Shown here: positions 58,089-64,000 of the stretch, in pieces
How the letters are laid out: every line of letters begins with the position of its first letter
How positions within the stretch are numbered: position 1 is the first letter of the stretch
Source: the human T2T-CHM13v2.0 reference genome, Homo sapiens
Direction: 5' to 3' (one strand)
NCBI RefSeq assembly: GCF_009914755.1
Contig: NC_060941.1
Length of the DNA: 64,000 nucleotides
Program-made: the position numbers and the translations under genes
The notes under the pieces: generated by a model
Told to the model about the DNA's origin: nothing
The model's database searches: none
The model's input: only the letters and a program-made list of their open reading frames with translations

Positions 58089-58368
58089 CTGAAAGAAACA
58101 AAGGCACGTGAGTGAAGAAGCCCAAACAGCACATCTTGATGCCCATGACTTTCTCCAGTTCCCTGCAATCTGGCAAACCAAATGTGCCAGTCTGTCTCTA
58201 GAAGGGGCACGTTATATAACCCATACTTTTTTTTTTTTGAGACAGAGTCTGGCTCTGTTGCCTGGGCTGGAGTGCGGTGGCATGATCTTGGCTCACTGTG
58301 GCCTCCGCCTCCCGGTTCCAGCAATTCTCCTGCCTCAGCCTCCCAAGTATCTGGGATTATACGCATGA

Positions 58369-58725
<357 letters not shown>

Positions 58726-58728
58726 TAG

Positions 58729-58863
<135 letters not shown>

Positions 58864-59003
58864 TGAGAGGATGCAGAGACTGCCTGACTCACAGTCACAA
58901 ACACCCACAAAGAAGGCATGTTGTTCTGGGGCCACAGCTGCTGCCAGGAATATGCCACAAAAGAGCAGTGTGCACAGCCAAAGAGGACAGAAATCGCCCC
59001 TAC

Positions 59004-59070
59004 CGTCTCCTTCATCCACCACGGCATGTACCACTAGAGGGTAAACTTCTCGGTCTAAATCAAAGCCAAG
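59004..59070 (-). CDS. RNF157: RNF157 coding exon (6): LGFDLDREVYPLVVHAVVDEGD
   Basis: Long pyrimidine tract + CAG; ACG|GTAGGG donor; 67 nt. Confidence 0.92.
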
Positions 59071-59551
59071 CTGAAGGGAAAGAAAAGGAAAGGAAAAAAA
59101 AAGAGGACTTAACACATTTACATGGCACAGCTAATCTCAGAAAGGGCGATACTGTCAAGAAGCATTAATCTCATCTCTGCTCCTCATTCTTTAGCCTTGT
59201 TAATTACCCAAGTTTGTTAACTGAGGGCCATCAGCTGCTTTTTAAAAATGTCATAGATGTAAATAAGAACCTCTAACCTATAGATTTTTTTTTTCTTTGA
59301 GCATGGCTTTCTCAAAGTATCCTAGGCTAATGGGCTATTTCCATTCCTAGGGAATGGAAAAATTAACAAAGTTAGGTATATCCTTGATGCAAAATAAGCA
59401 GAGCTTTAAAAGGACATGATGAAGTCACAAGGCTGAAAGGTAAGCATGGCCTTCAAGCATCCGAGCAGCCCCTTTGCTGTCAGACCGAGTCCTAAGTAGC
59501 CCCTAGGCCCTTCTGAGTGGATGTGGGAAACCCTCCCCAGAGGCAGCTCAC

Positions 59552-59669
59552 CTCCTCTTCGGCCCACTCGGAGGGATCCACGGTGTGGGAGGGCAGGCAG
59601 AACTGCTGACACACTCCTCGCTTGTACTGCACAGTCTCCGACTGGAGGCTGTTGTCTTTGGGAATGTAG
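59552..59669 (-). CDS. RNF157: RNF157 coding exon (5): YIPKDNSLQSETVQYKRGVCQQFCLPSHTVDPSEWAEEE
   Basis: CAATAG|C acceptor, GAG|GTGAGC donor; 118 nt; phase fits neighbours. Confidence 0.93.
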
Positions 59670-60072
59670 CTATTGATACAAGTGGGAGGCAAAGCAAAAG
59701 TCAGTATCCGGCACAGATGGGTCTGACAACTTCCTCTGCTCATGCCTGTTCTCAATTATCAACAGGGTCTAGCGAAGAGAAGAAAGGGTCCTTTATAATC
59801 CATTTCCTTTGCTCTTGCTTGGCAACGTTAAACTTTTCTATTCAACCCACACATCCAAAGAAAGGTAGCTTACTAGATTTTTAACAGCATGTTAAGGACC
59901 TGAAGGACTATACCACCATTTGTCACTATACCAAGATGGCACAATTTGAAGGGAAAAGGTAAAGGGTAGGGCTTTGTAGAAGAAAGTCTAAATTCAGGAA
60001 CCAGATCTCATCTGGCTGCAGAAAAAGAATGTTTTCCGCCCTTGCTGAGTGGATAAGACATGGACTCTCCCT

Positions 60073-60234
60073 ATCTGGGAAGGAAGTGGCTCGCCTGGTC
60101 TCCTGATCTTACCTGGTAATACCATTCTGGAACTCTTCCGTGGCCTGGTAATAATCTGGGAAGGAAGTGGCTCTCCTGGTCTCCTGATCTTACCTGGCAA
60201 TACCATTCTGGAACTCTTCCGTGGCCTGGTAATA
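60073..60234. repeat. Tandem duplication, 2 x 81 bp, spanning an RNF157 exon/intron boundary
   Basis: 60073-60153 vs 60154-60234 differ at 2 positions (60093/60174 and 60117/60198). Confidence 0.97.
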
Positions 60235-60340
60235 GATGGTGATGGCTACCCGAGCATCTGTGTCAAAGGTGAACTCAACATTGTAGTGGACTTTAGCTTT
60301 ACTGGCCTCTTCTCCAGGGCTCTTCACTTCCTCAGCACAT
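60194..60340 (-). CDS. RNF157: RNF157 coding exon (inferred exon 4): CAEEVKSPGEEASKAKVHYNVEFTFDTDARVAITIYYQATEEFQNGIA
   Basis: Acceptor TTTTCTAG|A, donor CAG|GTAAGA; 147 nt, phase 2-2; MGRN1/RNF157-family N-terminal domain. Confidence 0.93.
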
Positions 60341-60479
60341 CTAGAAAACCAGAGACTCAGCATTTGCAGAGTAGCATATCAATATTTTAAAATTTACCTT
60401 TAAAAAAATTAGCAATATATTGTGGGCTTCTCTGAATGATCATAAGCATAGGTCTACCTCTTCATTCTGAATGATCACA

Positions 60480-64000
<3,521 letters not shown>

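Noticed and set aside
59994-60390. ORFs with internally repeated 27-aa peptides
   Set aside because: By-products of the 81-bp duplication read in non-coding frames

Overview
Primate DNA, by gene content human chr17q25.1. Two minus-strand protein-coding genes lie in tandem. FOXJ1 (ciliogenesis forkhead factor) is complete: non-coding exon 1 ending at 33657, coding exons 32441-32938 and 29896-30663, 421 aa. RNF157 (MGRN1-like RING E3 ligase) is present as its last 16 coding exons (60340 down to the stop at 37778), with a poly(A) signal only about 1.2 kb upstream of the FOXJ1 promoter. All splice junctions were read from the sequence and their phases chain correctly; RNF157 exon numbers are inferred. 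The left 27 kb is Alu-dense intergenic DNA with nested L1/THE1 insertions and a CpG island (about 13950-15250) with no recognisable coding gene. Most notable: (1) a recent 81-bp tandem duplication that copies an RNF157 splice donor, creating an identical competing donor whose use would introduce an immediate stop; (2) a chain of plus-strand exon candidates whose RNA would cover the RNF157 exon-18 donor and all of exon 17; (3) upstream ORFs and an RFX X-box cluster at FOXJ1; (4) a CTCF-motif cluster and a minus-strand exon chain leaving the orphan CpG island. Nothing prokaryotic (CRISPR, operons) and no rRNA or tRNA gene was seen.
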